This document shows, piece after piece, positions 15,001 to 30,000 of a DNA stretch of 64,000 nt. The first letter of the stretch is position 1, and each line of letters starts with the position of its first letter. Origin of the DNA: Eledone cirrhosa. Taxonomy: Eukaryota. Both the position numbers and the translations under genes were made by a program. The stretch covers positions 120,962,001 through 121,026,000 of the forward strand of contig OZ024744.1 in NCBI GenBank assembly GCA_964016885.1. The letters run 5' to 3'. Under the pieces are notes generated by a model. It saw only the letters and a program-made list of their open reading frames with translations. It made no database searches and was not told the origin of the DNA.

Positions 15001-18000
15001 CTCTCAATTTAGAGATTCTTTCCTGAGACATTCTAACCACATGTCATAGTATCAGATCTGTGATATCTCAATTCAGAGATTCTTTCCTGAGATATTCTAA
15101 CCACATGTCATAGTATCAAAGCTGTGATCTCTCAATTCAGAGATTCTTTCCTGAGACATTCTAACCACATGTCATAATATCAGAACTGTGATCTCTCAAT
15201 TCAGAAATTCTTTCCTGATACATTCTAACCACATGTCATAGTATCAGAGCTGTGATCTCTCAATTCAGAGATTCTTTCCTGAGACATTCTAACCACGTCA
15301 TAGTATCAGAGCTGTGATATCTCAATTCAGAGATTCTTTCATGAGACATTCTAACCACATGTCATAGTATCAGAGCTGTGATCTCTCAATTTAGATATTC
15401 TTTCCTGATACATTCTAACCACATGTCATAGAATCAGAACTGTGATCTCTCAATTCAGAGATTCTTTCCTGAGACATTCTAACCACATGTCATAGAATCA
15501 GAACTGTGATCTCTCAATTCAGAGATTCTTTCCTGAGACATTCTAACCACATGTCATAGTATCAGAGCTGTGATCTCTCAATTCAGAGATTCTTTCCTGC
15601 GATATTCTAACCACATGTGATAGTATCAGAGCTGTGATCTCTCAATTCAGATATTCTTTCCTGAGACATTCTAACCACATGTCATAGGATCAGAGTTGTG
15701 ATCTCTCAATTCAGAGATTCTTTCCTGAGATATTCTAACCACATGTCATAGTCTCAGAGCTGTGATCTCTCAATTCAGAGATTCTTTCCTGAGACATTCT
15801 AACCACATGTCATAGTATTAGAGCTGTGATCTCTCAATTCAGAGATTCTTTCCTGAGACATTCTTACCACATGTCATAGTATCAGAGCTGTGATCTCTCA
15901 ATTTAGAGATTCTTTCCTGAGACATTCTAACCACATGTCATAGTATCAGATCTGTGATATCTCAATTCAGAGATTCTTTCCTGAGATATTCTAACCACAT
16001 GTCATAGTATCAAAGCTGTAATCTCTCAATTCAGAGATTCTTTCCTGAGACATTCTAACCACATGTCATAATATCAGAACTGTGATCTCTCAATTCAGAA
16101 ATTCTTTCCTGAGACATTCTAACCACATGTCATAGTATCAGAGCTGTGAACTCTCAATTCAGAGATTCTTTCCTGATACATTCTAACCACATGTCATAGT
16201 ATCAGAACTGTGATCTCTCAATTCAGAGATTCTTTCCTGAGACATTCTAACCACGTCATAGTATCAGAGCTGTGATATCTCAATTCAGAGATTCTTTCAT
16301 GAAACATTCTAACCACATGTCATAGTATCAGAGCTGTGATCTCTCAATTTAGATATTCTTTCCTGAGATATTCTAACCACATGTCATAGTATTAGAGCTG
16401 TGATCTCTCAATTCAGAGATTCTTTCCTGAGACATTCTAACCACATCTCATAGTCTAAGAGCTGTGATATCTCAATTCAGAGATTCTTTCCTGAGACATT
16501 CTAACCACATGTCATAGTATCAGAGCTGTGATCTCTCAATTCAGAGATTCTTTCCTGAGACATTCTAACCACATGTCATAATATCAGAAATGTGATCTCT
16601 CAATTCAGAAATTCTTTCCTGAGACATTCTAACCACATGTCATAGTATCAGAGCTGTGAACTCTCAATTCAGAGATTCTTTCCTGATACATTCTAACCAC
16701 ATGTCATAGTACTAGAGCTGTGATCTCTCAATTCAGAGATTCTTTCCTGAGACATTCTAACCACGTCATAGTATCAGAGCTGTGATATCTCAATTCAGAG
16801 ATTCTTTCATGAGACATTCTAACCACATGTCATAGTATCAGAGCTGTGATCTCTCAATTCAGAGATTCTTCCCTGAGACATTCTAACCACATGTCATAGT
16901 ATTAGATCTGTGATCTCTCAATTCAGAGATTCTTTCCTGGGATATTCTAACCACATGTCATAGTATCAGAGCTGTGATCTCTCAATTCAGAGATTCTTTC
17001 CTGAGACATTCTAACCACATCTCATAGTCTAAGAGCTGTGATATCTCAATTCAGAGATTCTTTCCTGAGACATTCTAACCACATGTCATAGAATCAGAAC
17101 TGTGATCTCTCAATTCAGAGATTCTTTCCTGAGACATTCTAACCACATGTCATATTATTAGAGCTGTGATCTCTCAATTCAGAGATTCTTTCCAGAGTCA
17201 TTCTTACCACATGTCATAGTATCAGAGCTGTGATCTCTCAATTTAGAGATTCTTTCCTGAGACATTCTAACCACATGTCATAGTATCAGATCTGTGATAT
17301 CTCAATTCAGAGATTCTTTCCTGAGATATTCTAACCACATGTCATAGTATCAAAGCTGTGATCTCTCAATTCAGAGATTCTTTCCTGAGACATTCTAACC
17401 ACATGTCATAATATCAGAACTGTGATCTCTCAATTCAGAAATTCTTTCCTGATACATTCTAACCACATGTCATAGTATCAGAGCTGTGATCTCTCAATTC
17501 AGAGATTCTTTCCTGAGACATTCTAACCACGTCATAGTATCAGAGCTGTGATATCTCAATTCAGAGATTCTTTCATGAGACATTCTAACCACATGTCATA
17601 GTATCAGAGCTGTGATCTCTCAATTTAGATATTCTTTCCTGATACATTCTAACCACATGTCATAGAATCAGAACTGTGATCTCTCAATTCAGAGATTCTT
17701 TCCTGAGACATTCTAACCACATGTCATAGAATCAGAACTGTGATCTCTCAATTCAGAGATTCTTTCCTGAGACATTCTAACCACATGTCATAGTATCAGA
17801 GCTGTGATCTCTCAATTCAGAGATTCTTTCCTGCGATATTCTAACCACATGTGATAGTATCAGAGCTGTGATCTCTCAATTCAGATATTCTTTCCTGAGA
17901 CATTCTAACCACATGTCATAGGATCAGAGTTGTGATCTCTCAATTCAGAGATTCTTTCCTGAGATATTCTAACCACATGTCATAGTCTCAGAGCTGTGAT

Positions 18001-21000
18001 CTCTCAATTCAGAGATTCTTTCCTGAGACATTCTAACCACATGTCATAGTATTAGAGCTGTGATCTCTCAATTCAGAGATTCTTTCCTGAGACATTCTTA
18101 CCACATGTCATAGTATCAGAGCTGTGATCTCTCAATTTAGAGATTCTTTCCTGAGACATTCTAACCACATGTCATAGTATCAGATCTGTGATATCTCATT
18201 TCAGAGATTCTTTCCTGAGATATTCTAACCACATGTCATAGTATCAAAGCTGTAATCTCTCAATTCAGAGATTCTTTCCTGAGACATTCTAACCACATGT
18301 CATAATATCAGAACTGTGATCTCTCAATTCAGAAATTCTTTCCTGAGACATTCTAACCACATGTCATAGTATCAGAGCTGTGAACTCTCAATTCAGAGAT
18401 TCTTTCCTGATACATTCTAACCACATGTCATAGTATCAGAACTGTGATCTCTCAATTCAGAGATTCTTTCCTGAGACATTCTAACCACGTCATAGTATCA
18501 GAGCTGTGATATCTCAATTCAGAGATTCTTTCATGAAACATTCTAACCACATGTCATAGTATCAGAGCTGTGATCTCTCAATTTAGATATTCTTTCCTGA
18601 GATATTCTAACCACATGTCATAGTATTAGAGCTGTGATCTCTCAATTCAGAGATTCTTTCCTGAGACATTCTAACCACATGTCATAGTATCAGAGCTGTG
18701 ATCTCTCAATTCAGAGATTCTTTCCTGAGACATTCTAACCACATGTCATAATATCAGAAATGTGATCTCTCAATTCAGAAATTCTTTCCTGAGACATTCT
18801 AACCACATGTCATAGTATCAGAGCTGTGAACTCTCAATTCAGAGATTCTTTCCTGATACATTCTAACCACATGTCATAGTACTAGAGCTGTGATCTCTCA
18901 ATTCAGAGATTCTTTCCTGAGACATTCTAACCACGTCATAGTATCAGAGCTGTGATATCTCAATTCAGAGATTCTTTCATGAGACATTCTAACCACATGT
19001 CATAGTATCAGAGCTGTGATCTCTCAATTCAGAGATTCTTCCCTGAGACATTCTAACCACATGTCATAGTATTAGATCTGTGATCTCTCAATTCAGAGAT
19101 TCTTTCCTGGGATATTCTAACCACATGTCATAGTATCAGAGCTGTGATCTCTCAATTCAGAGATTCTTTCCTGAGACATTCTAACCACATCTCATAGTCT
19201 AAGAGCTGTGATATCTCAATTCAGAGATTCTTTCCTGAGACATTCTAACCACATGTCATAGTATCAGAGCTGTGATCTCTCAATTCAGAGATTCTTTCCT
19301 GAGACATTCTAACCACGTCATAGTATCAGAGCTGTGATATCTCAATTCAGAGATTCTTTCATGAGACATTCTAACCACATGTCATAGTATCAGAGCTGTG
19401 ATCTCTCAATTTAGATATTCTTTCCTGAGATATTCTAACCACATGTCATAGTATTAGAGCTGTGATCTCTCAATTCAGAGATTCTTTCCTGAGACATTCT
19501 AACCACATGTCATATTATCAGAGCTGTGATCTCTCAATTCAGAGATTCTTTCCTGAGACATTCTAACCACATGTCATAGTATCAGATATGTGATCTCTCA
19601 ATTCAGAAATTCTTTCCTGAGACATTCTAACCACATGTCATAGTATCAGAGCTGTGAACTCTCAATTCAGAGATTCTTTCCTGATACATTCTAACCACAT
19701 GTCATAGTACTAGAGCTGTGATCTCTCAATTCAGAGATTCTTTCCTGAGACATTCTAACCACGTCATAGTATCAGCGCTGTGATATCTCAATTCAGAGAT
19801 TCTTTCATGAGACATTCTAACCACATGTCATAGTATCAGAGCTGTGATCTCTCAATTCAGAGATTCTTCCCTGAGACATTCTAACCACATGTCATAGTAT
19901 TAGATCTGTGATCTCTCAATTCAGAGATTCTTTCCTGGGATATTCTAACCACATGTCATAGTATCAGAGCTGTGATCTCTCAATTCAGAGATTCTTTCCT
20001 GAGACATTCTAACCACATCTCATAGTCTAAGAGCTGTGATATCTCAATTCAGAGATTCTTTCCTGAGACATTCTAACCACATGTCATAGAATCAGAACTG
20101 TGATCTCTCAATTCAGAGATTCTTTCCTGAGACATTCTAACCACATGTCATATTATTAGAGCTGTGATCTCTCAATTCAGAGATTCTTTCCTGAGTCATT
20201 CTTACCACATGTCATAGTATCAGAGCTGTGATCTCTCAATTTAGAGATTCTTTCCTGAGACATTCTAACCACATGTCATAGTATCAGATCTGTGATATCT
20301 CAATTCAGAGATTCTTTCCTGAGATATTCTAACCACATGTCATAGTATCAAAGCTGTGATCTCTCAATTCAGAGATTCTTTCCTGAGACATTCTAACCAC
20401 ATGTCATAATATCAGAACTGTGATCTCTCAATTCAGAAATTCTTTCCTGAGACATTCTAATCACATGTCATAGTATCAGAGCTGTGAACTCTCAATTCAG
20501 AGATTCTTTCCTGATACATTCTAACCACATGTCATAGTATCAGAGCTGTGATCTCTCAATTCAGAGATTCTTTCCTGAGACATTCTAACCACGTCATAGT
20601 ATCAGAGCTGTGATATCTCAATTCAGAGATTCTTTCATGAGACATTCTAACCACATGTCATAGTATCAGAGCTGTGATCTCTCAATTTAGATATTCTTTC
20701 CTGATACATTCTAACCACATGTCATAGAATCAGAACTGTGATCTCTCAATTCAGAGATTCTTTCCTGAGACATTCTAACCACATGTCATAGAATCAGAAC
20801 TGTGATCTCTCAATTCAGAGATTCTTTCCTGAGACATTCTAACCACATGTCATAGTATCAGAGCTGTGATATCTCAATTCAGAGATTCTTTCCTGCGATA
20901 TTCTAACCACATGTGATAGTATCAGAGCTGTGATCTCTCAATTCAGATATTCTTTCCTGAGACATTCTAACCACATGTCATAGGATCAGAGTTGTGATCT

Positions 21001-24000
21001 CTCAATTCAGAGATTCTTTCCTGAGATATTCTAACCACATGTCATAGTCTCAGAGCTGTGATCTCTCAATTCAGAGATTCTTTCCTGAGACATTCTAACC
21101 ACATGTCATAGTATTAGAGCTGTGATCTCTCAATTCAGAGATTCTTTCCTGAGACATTCTTACCACATGTCTTAGTATCAGAGCTGTGATCTCTCAATTT
21201 AGATATTCTTTCCTGAGATATTCTAACCACATGTCATAGTATTAGAGCTGTGATCTCTCAATTCAGAGATTCTTTCCTGAGACATTCTAACCACATCTCA
21301 TAGTCTAAGAGCTGTGATATCTCAATTCAGAGATTCTTTCCTGAGACATTCTAACCACATGTCATAATATCAGAAATGTGATCTCTCAATTCAGAAATTC
21401 TTTCCTGAGACATTCTAACCACATGTCATAGTATCAGAGCTGTGAACTCTCAATTCAGAGATTCTTTCCTGATACATTCTAACCACATGTCATAGTACTA
21501 GAGCTGTGATCTCTCAATTCAGAGATTCTTTCCTGAGACATTCTAACCACGTCATAGTATCAGAACTGTGATATCTCAATTCAGAGATTCTTTCATGAGA
21601 CATTCTAACCACATGTCATAGTATCAGAGCTGTGATCTCTCAATTCAGAGATTCTTCCCTGAGACATTCTAACCACATGTCATAGTATTAGATCTGTGAT
21701 CTCTCAATTCAGAGATTCTTTTCTGGGATATTCTAACCACATGTCATAGTATCAGAGCTGTGATCTCTCAATTCAGAGATTCTTTCCTGAGACATTCTAA
21801 CCACATCTCATAGTCTAAGAGCTGTGATATCTCAATTCAGAGATTCTTTCCTGAGACATTCTAACCACATGTCATAGAATCAGAACTGTGATCTCTCAAT
21901 TCAGAGATTCTTTCCTGAGACATTCTAACCACATGTCATAGTATTAGAGCTGTGATCTCTCAATTCAGAGATTCTTTCCTGAGACATTCTTACCACATGT
22001 CATAGTATCAGAGCTGTGATCTCTCAATTTAGAGATTCTTTCCTGAGACATTCTAACCACATGTCATAGTATCAGATCTGTGATCTCTCAATTCAGAGAT
22101 TCTTTCCTGAGACATTCTAACCACATGTCATAGTATCAGAGCTGTGATCTCTCACTTCAGAGATTCTTTCCTGAGACATTCTAACCTCATGTCATAGTAT
22201 CAGAAATGTGATCTCTCAATTCAGAAATTCTTTCCTGAGACATTCTAACCACATGTCATAGTATCAGAGCTGTGAACTCTCAATTCAGAGATTCTTTCCT
22301 GATACATTCTAACCACATGTCATAGTACTAGAGCTGTGATCTCTCAATTCAGAGATTCTTTCCTGAGACATTCTAACCACGTCATAGTATCAGAGCTGTG
22401 ATATCTCAATTCAGAGATTCTTTCATGAGACATTCTAACCACATGTCATAGTATCAGAGCTGTGATCTCTCAATTCAGAGATTCTTCCCTGAGACATTCT
22501 AACCACATGTCATAGTATTAGATCTGTGATCTCTCAATTCAGAGATTCTTTCCTGGGATATTCTAACCACATGTCATAGTATCAGAGCTGTGATCTCTCA
22601 ATTCAGAGATTCTTTCCTGAGACATTCTAACCACATCTCATAGTCTAAGAGCTGTGATATCTCAATTCAGAGATTCTTTCCTGAGACATTCTAACCACAT
22701 GTCATAGAATCAGAACTGTGATCTCTCAATTCAGAGATTCTTTCCTGAGACATTCTAACCACATGTCATAGTATTAGAGCTGTGATCTCTCAATTCAGAG
22801 ATTCTTTCCTGAGACATTCTTACCACATGTCATAGTATCAGAGCTGTGATCTCTCAATTTAGAGATTCTTTCCTGAGACATTCTAACCACATGTCATAGT
22901 ATCAGATCTGTGATATCTCAATTCAGAGATTCTTTCCTGAGATATTATAACCACATGTCATAGTATCAAAGCTGTGATCTCTCAATTCAGAGATTCTTTC
23001 CTGAGACATTCTAACCACATGTCATAATATCAGAACTGTGATCTCTCAATTCAGAAATTCTTTCCTGAGACATTCTAACCACATGTCATAGTATCAGAGC
23101 TGTGAACTCTCAATTCAGAGATTCTTTCCTGATACATTCTAACCACATGTCATATTATCAGAGCTGTGATCTCTCAATTCAGAGATACTTTCCTGAGACA
23201 TTCTAACCACGTCATAGTATCAGAGCTGTGATATCTCAATTCAGAGATTCTTTCATGAGACATTCTAACCACATGTCATAGTATCAGAGCTGTGATCTCT
23301 CAATTTAGATATTCTTTCCTGATACATTCTAACCACATGTCATAGAATCAGAACTGTGATCTCTCAATTCAGAGATTCTTTCCTGAGACATTCTAACCAC
23401 ATGTCATAGAATCAGAACTGTGATCTCTCAATTCAGAGATTCTTTCCTGAGACATTCTAACCACATGTCATAGTATCAGAGCTGTGATCTCTCAATTCAG
23501 AGATTCTTTCCTGCGATATTCTAACCACATGTGATAGTATCAGAGCTGTGATCGCTCAATTCAGATATTCTTTCCTGAGACATTCTAACCACATGTCATA
23601 GGATCAGATTTGTGATCTCTCAATTCAGAGATTCTTTCCTGAGATATTCTAACCACATGTCATAGTCTCAGAGCTGTGATCTCTCAATTCAGAGATTCTT
23701 TCCTGAGACATTCTAACCACATGTCATAGTATTAGAGCTGTGATCTCTCAATTCAGAGATTCTTTCCTGAGACATTCTTACCACATGTCATAGTATCAGA
23801 GCTGTGATCTCTCAATTTAGAGATTCTTTCCTGAGACATTCTAACCACATGTCATAGTATCAGATCTGTGATATCTCAATTCAGAGATTCTTTCCTGAGA
23901 TATTCTAACCACATGTCATAGTATCAAAGCTGCGATCTCTCAATTCAGAAATTCTTTCCTGAGACATTCTAACCACATGTCATAGTATCAGAGCTGTGAA

Positions 24001-27000
24001 CTCTCAATTCAGAGATTCTTTCCTGATACATTCTAACCACATGTCATAGTATCAGAGCTTTGATCTCTCAATTCAGAGATTCTTTCCTGAGACATTCTAA
24101 CCACGTCATAGTATCAGAGCTGTGATATCTCAATTCAGAGATTCTTTCATGAGACATTCTAACCACATGTCATAGTATCAGAGCTGTGATCTCTCAATTT
24201 AGATATTCTTTCCTGAGATATTCTAACCACATGTCATAGTATTAGAGCTGTGATCTCTCAATTCAGAGATTCTTTCCTGAGACATTCTAACCACATGTCA
24301 TAGTATCAGAGCTGTGATCTCTCAATTCAGAGATTCTTTCCTGAGACATTCTAACCACATGTCATAATATCAGAAATGTGATCTCTCAATTCAGAAATTC
24401 TTTCCTGAGACATTCTAACCACATGTCATAGTATCAGAGCTGTGAACTCTCAATTCAGAGATTCTTTCCTGATACATTCTAACCACATGTCATAGTACTA
24501 GAGCTGTGATCTCTCAATTCAGAGATTCTTTCCTGAGACATTCTAACCACGTCATAGTATCAGAGCTGTGATATCTCAATTCAGAGATTCTTTCATGAGA
24601 CATTCTAACCACATGTCAAATTATCAGAGCTGTGATCTCTCAATTCAGAGATTCTTCCCTGAGACATTCTAACCACATGTCATAGTATTAGATCTGTGAT
24701 CTCTCAATTCAGAGATTCTTTCCTGGGATATTCTAACCACATGTCATAGTATCAGAGCTGTGATCTCTCAATTCAGAGATTCTTTCCTGAGACATTCTAA
24801 CCACATCTCATAGTCTAAGAGCTGTGATATCTCAATTCAGAGATTCTTTCCTGAGACATTCTAACCACATGTCATAGAATCAGAACTGTGATCTCTCAAT
24901 TCAGAGATTCTTTCCTGAGACATTCTAACCACATGTCATAGTATTAGAGCTGTGATCTCTCAATTCAGAGATTCTTTCCTGAGACATTCTTACCACATGT
25001 CATAGTATCAGAGCTGTGATCTCTCAATTTAGAGATTCTTTCCTGAGACATTCTAACCACATGTCATAGTATCAGATCTGTGATATCTCAATTCAGAGAT
25101 TCTTTCCTGAGATATTCTAACCACATGTCATAGTATCAAAGCTGTGATCTCTCAATTCAGAGATTCTTTCCTGAGACATTCTAACCACATGTCATAATAT
25201 CAGAGCTGTGAACTCTCAATTCAGAGATTCTTTCCTGACACATTCTAACCACATGTCATAGTATCAGAGCTGTGATCTCTCAATTCAGAGATTCTTTCCT
25301 GAGACATTCTAACCACGTCATAGTATCAGAGCTGTGATATCTCAATTCAGAGATTCTTTCATGAGACATTCTAACCACATGTCATAGTATCAGAGCTGTG
25401 ATCTCTCAATTTAGATATTCTTTCCTGAGATATTCTAACCACATGTCATACTATTAGAGCTGTGATCTCTCAATTCAGAGATTCTTTCCTGAGACATTCT
25501 AACCACATGTCATAGTATCAGAGCTGTGATCTCTCAATTCAGAGATTCTTTCCTGAGACATTCTAACCACATGTCATAATATCAGAAATGTGATCTCTCA
25601 ATTCAGAAATTCTTTCCTGAGACATTCTAACCACATGTCATAGTATCAGAGCTGTGAACTCTCAATTCAGAGATTCTTTCCTGATACATTCTAACCACAT
25701 GTCATAGTACTAGAGCTGTGATCTCTCAATTCAGAGATTCTTTCCTGAGACATTCTAACCACGTCATAGTATCAGAGCTGTGATATCTCAATTCAGAGAT
25801 TCTTTCATGAGACATTCTAACCACATGTCATAGTATCAGAGCTGTGATCTCTCAATTCAGAGATTCTTCCCTGAGACATTCTAACCACATGTCATAGTAT
25901 TAGATCTGTGATCTCTCAATTCAGAGATTCTTTCCTGGGATATTCTAACCACATGTCATAGTATCAGAGCTGTGATCTCTCAATTCAGAGATTCTTTCCT
26001 GAGACATTCTAACCACATCTCATAGTCTAAGAGCTGTGATATCTCAATTCAGAGATTCTTTCCTGAGACATTCTAACCACATGTCATAGAATCAGAACTG
26101 TGATCTCTCAATTCAGAGATTCTTTCCTGAGACATTCTAACCACATGTCATAGTATTAGAGCTGTGCTCTCTCAATTCAGAGATTCTTTCCTGAGAAATT
26201 CTAACCTCATGTCTGTAGTATCAGAGCTGTGATCTCTCAATTCAGAGAATCTTTCCTGAGACATTCTAACTCCATGTCCACAGTATCAGAGCTGTGATCT
26301 CTCAATTCAGAGATTCTTTCCTGAGACATTCTAACCACATGTCATAGTATCAGTGCTGTGATCTCTCAATATAGAGATTCTTTCCTGAGATATTCTAACC
26401 ACATGTCATAGTATCAGAGCTGTGATCTCTCAATTCAGAGATTCTTTCCTGGGATATTCTAACCACATGTGATAGTATTAGAGCTGTGATCTCTCAATTC
26501 AGAGATTCTTTCCTGAGACATTCTTAACACATGTCATAGTATCAGAGCTGCGATCTCTCAATTTAGAGATTCTTTCCTGAGACATTCTAACCACATGTCA
26601 TAGTATCAGAGCTGTGATATCTCAATTCAGAGATTCTTTCCTGAGATATTCTAACCACATGTCATAGTATCAAAGCTGTGATCTCTCAATTCAGAGATTC
26701 TTTCCTGAGACATTCTAACCACATGTCATAGTATCAGAACTGTGATCTCTCAATTCAGAAATTCTTTCCTGAGACGTTCTAACCACATGTCATAGTATCA
26801 GAGCTGTGAACTCTCAATTCAGAGATTCTTTCCTGATACATTCTAACCACATGTCATAGTATCAGAGCTGTGATCTCTCAATTCAGAGATTCTTTCCTGA
26901 GACATTCTAACCACGTCATAGTATCAGAGCTGTGATATCTCAATTCAGAGATTCTTTCATGAGACATTCTAACCACATGTCATAGTATCAGAGCTGTGAT

Positions 27001-30000
27001 CTCTCAATTTAGATATTCTTTCCTGAGATATTCTAACCACATGTCATAGTATTAGAGCTGTGATCTCCCAATTCAGAGATTCTTTCCTGAGACATTCTAA
27101 CCCTATGTCTGTAGTATCAGAGCTGTATGTTCTCAATTCAGAGATTCTTTCCTGAGATATTCTAACCACATGTCATTGTATCGGAGCTGTGATCTCTCAA
27201 TTCAGAGATTCTTTCCTGAGACATTCTAACCACATGTCATAGTATTAGTGCTGTGTTCTCTCAATTCAGAGATTCTTTCCTGAGACATTCTAACCACGTC
27301 ATAGTATCAGAGCTGTGAACTCTCAATTCAGAGATTCTTTCCTGATACATTCTAACCACATGTCATAGTATTAGTGCTGTGTTCTCTCAATTCAGAGATT
27401 CTTTCCTGAGACATTCTAACCACGTCATAGTATCAGAGCTGTGATCTCTCAATTCAGAGATTCTTTCATGAGACATTCTAACCACATGTCATAGTATCAG
27501 AGCTGTGATCTCTCAATTCAGAGATTCTTTCCTGAGAACTTCTAACCACATGTCTGTAGTATCAGAGCTGTGATCTCTCAATTCAGAGATTCTTTCCTGA
27601 GATATTCTAACCACATGTCATAGTATCAGAGCTGTGATCTCTCAATTCAGAGATTCTTTCCTGAGACATTCTAACCACATGTCATAGTTTCAGAGCTGTG
27701 AACTCTCAATTCAGAGATTCTTTCCTGATACATTCTAACCACATGTCATAGTATCAGAGCTGTGATCTCTCAATTCAGAGATTCTTTCCTGAGACATTCT
27801 AACCACGTCATAGTATCAGAGCTGTGATATCTCAATTCAGAGATTCTTTCATGAGACATTCTAACCACATGTCATAGTATCAGAGCTGTGATCTCTCAAT
27901 TTAGATATTCTTTCATGAGACATTCTAACCACATGTCATAGTATCAGAGCTGTGAACTCTCAATTCAGAGATTCTTTCCTGATACATTCTAACCACATGT
28001 CATAGTATTAGAGCTGTGATCTCTCAATTCAGAGATTCTTTCCTGAGACATTCTAACCACGTCATAGTATCAGAGCTGTGATATCTCAATTCAGAGATTC
28101 TTTCATGAGACATTCTAACCACATGTCATAGTATCAGAGCTGTGATCTCTCAATTTAGATATTCTTTCCTGAGATATTCTAACCACATGTCATAGTATTA
28201 GAGCTGTGATCTCTTAATTCAGAGATTCTTTCCTGAGACATTCTAACCACATGTCATAGTATCAGAGCTGTGATCTCTCAATTCAGAGATTCTTTCCTGA
28301 GACATTCTAACCACGTCATAGTATCAGAGCTGTGATATCTCAATTCAGAGATTCTTCCCTGAGACATTCTAACCACATGTCATAGTATCAGAGCTGTGAA
28401 CTCTCAATTCAGAGATTCTTTCCTGATACATTCTAACCACATGTCATAGTATCAGAGCTGTGATCTCTCAATTCAGAGATTCTTTCCTGAGACATTCTAA
28501 CCACATGTCATAGTATTAGTGCTGTGTTCTCTCAATTCAGAGATTCTTTCCTGAGACATTCTAACCACGTCATAGTATCAGAGCTGTGATCTCTCAATTC
28601 AGAGATTCTTTCATGAGACATTCTAACCACATGTCATAGTATCAGAGCTGTGATCTCTCAATTCAGAGATTCTTTCCTGAGAACTTCTAACCACATGTCT
28701 GTAGTATCAGAGCTGTGATCTCTCAATTCAGAGATTCTTTCCTGAGATATTCTAACCACATGTCATAGTATCAGAGCTGTGATCTCTCAATTCAGAGATT
28801 CTTTCCTGAGACATTCTAACCACATGTCATAGTTTCAGAGCTGTGAACTCTCAATTCAGAGATTCTTTCCTGATACATTCTAACCACATGTCATAGTATC
28901 AGAGCTGTGATCTCTCAATTCAGAGATTCTTTCCTGAGACATTCTAACCACGTCATAGTATCAGAGCTGTGATATCTCAATTCAGAGATTCTTTCATGAG
29001 ACATTCTAACCACATGTCATAGTATCAGAGCTGTGATCTCTCAATTTAGATATTCTTTCCTGAGATATTCTAACCACATGTCATAGTATTAGAGCTGTGA
29101 TCTCTCAATTCAGAGATTCTTTCCTGAGACATTCTAACCACATGTCATAGTATCAGAGCTGTGATCTCTCAATTCAGAGATTCTTTCCTGAGACATTCTA
29201 ACCACATGTCATAATATCAGAAATGTGATCTCTCAATTCAGAAATTCTTTCCTGAGACATTCTAACCACATGTCATAGTATCAGAGCTGTGAACTCTCAA
29301 TTCAGAGATTCTTTCCTGATACATTCTAACCACATGTCATAGTACTAGAGCTGTGATCTCTCAATTCAGAGATTCTTTCCTGAGACATTCTAACCACGTC
29401 ATAGTATCAGAGCTGTGATATCTCAATTCAGAGATTCTTTCATGAGACATTCTAACCACATGTCAAATTATCAGAGCTGTGATCTCTCAATTCAGAGATT
29501 CTTCCCTGAGACATTCTAACCACATGTCATAGTATTAGATCTGTGATCTCTCAATTCAGAGATTCTTTCCTGGGATATTCTAACCACATGTCATAGTATC
29601 AGAGCTGTGATCTCTCAATTCAGAGATTCTTTCCTGAGACATTCTAACCACATCTCATAGTCTAAGAGCTGTGATATCTCAATTCAGAGATTCTTTCCTG
29701 AGACATTCTAACCACATGTCATAGAATCAGAACTGTGATCTCTCAATTCAGAGATTCTTTCCTGAGACATTCTAACCACATGTCATAGTATTAGAGCTGT
29801 GATCTCTCAATTCAGAGATTCTTTCCTGAGACATTCTTACCACATGTCATAGTATCAGAGCTGTGATCTCTCAATTTAGAGATTCTTTCCTGAGACATTC
29901 TAACCACATGTCATAGTATCAGATCTGTGATATCTCAATTCAGAGATTCTTTCCTGAGATATTCTAACCACATGTCATAGTATCAAAGCTGTGATCTCTC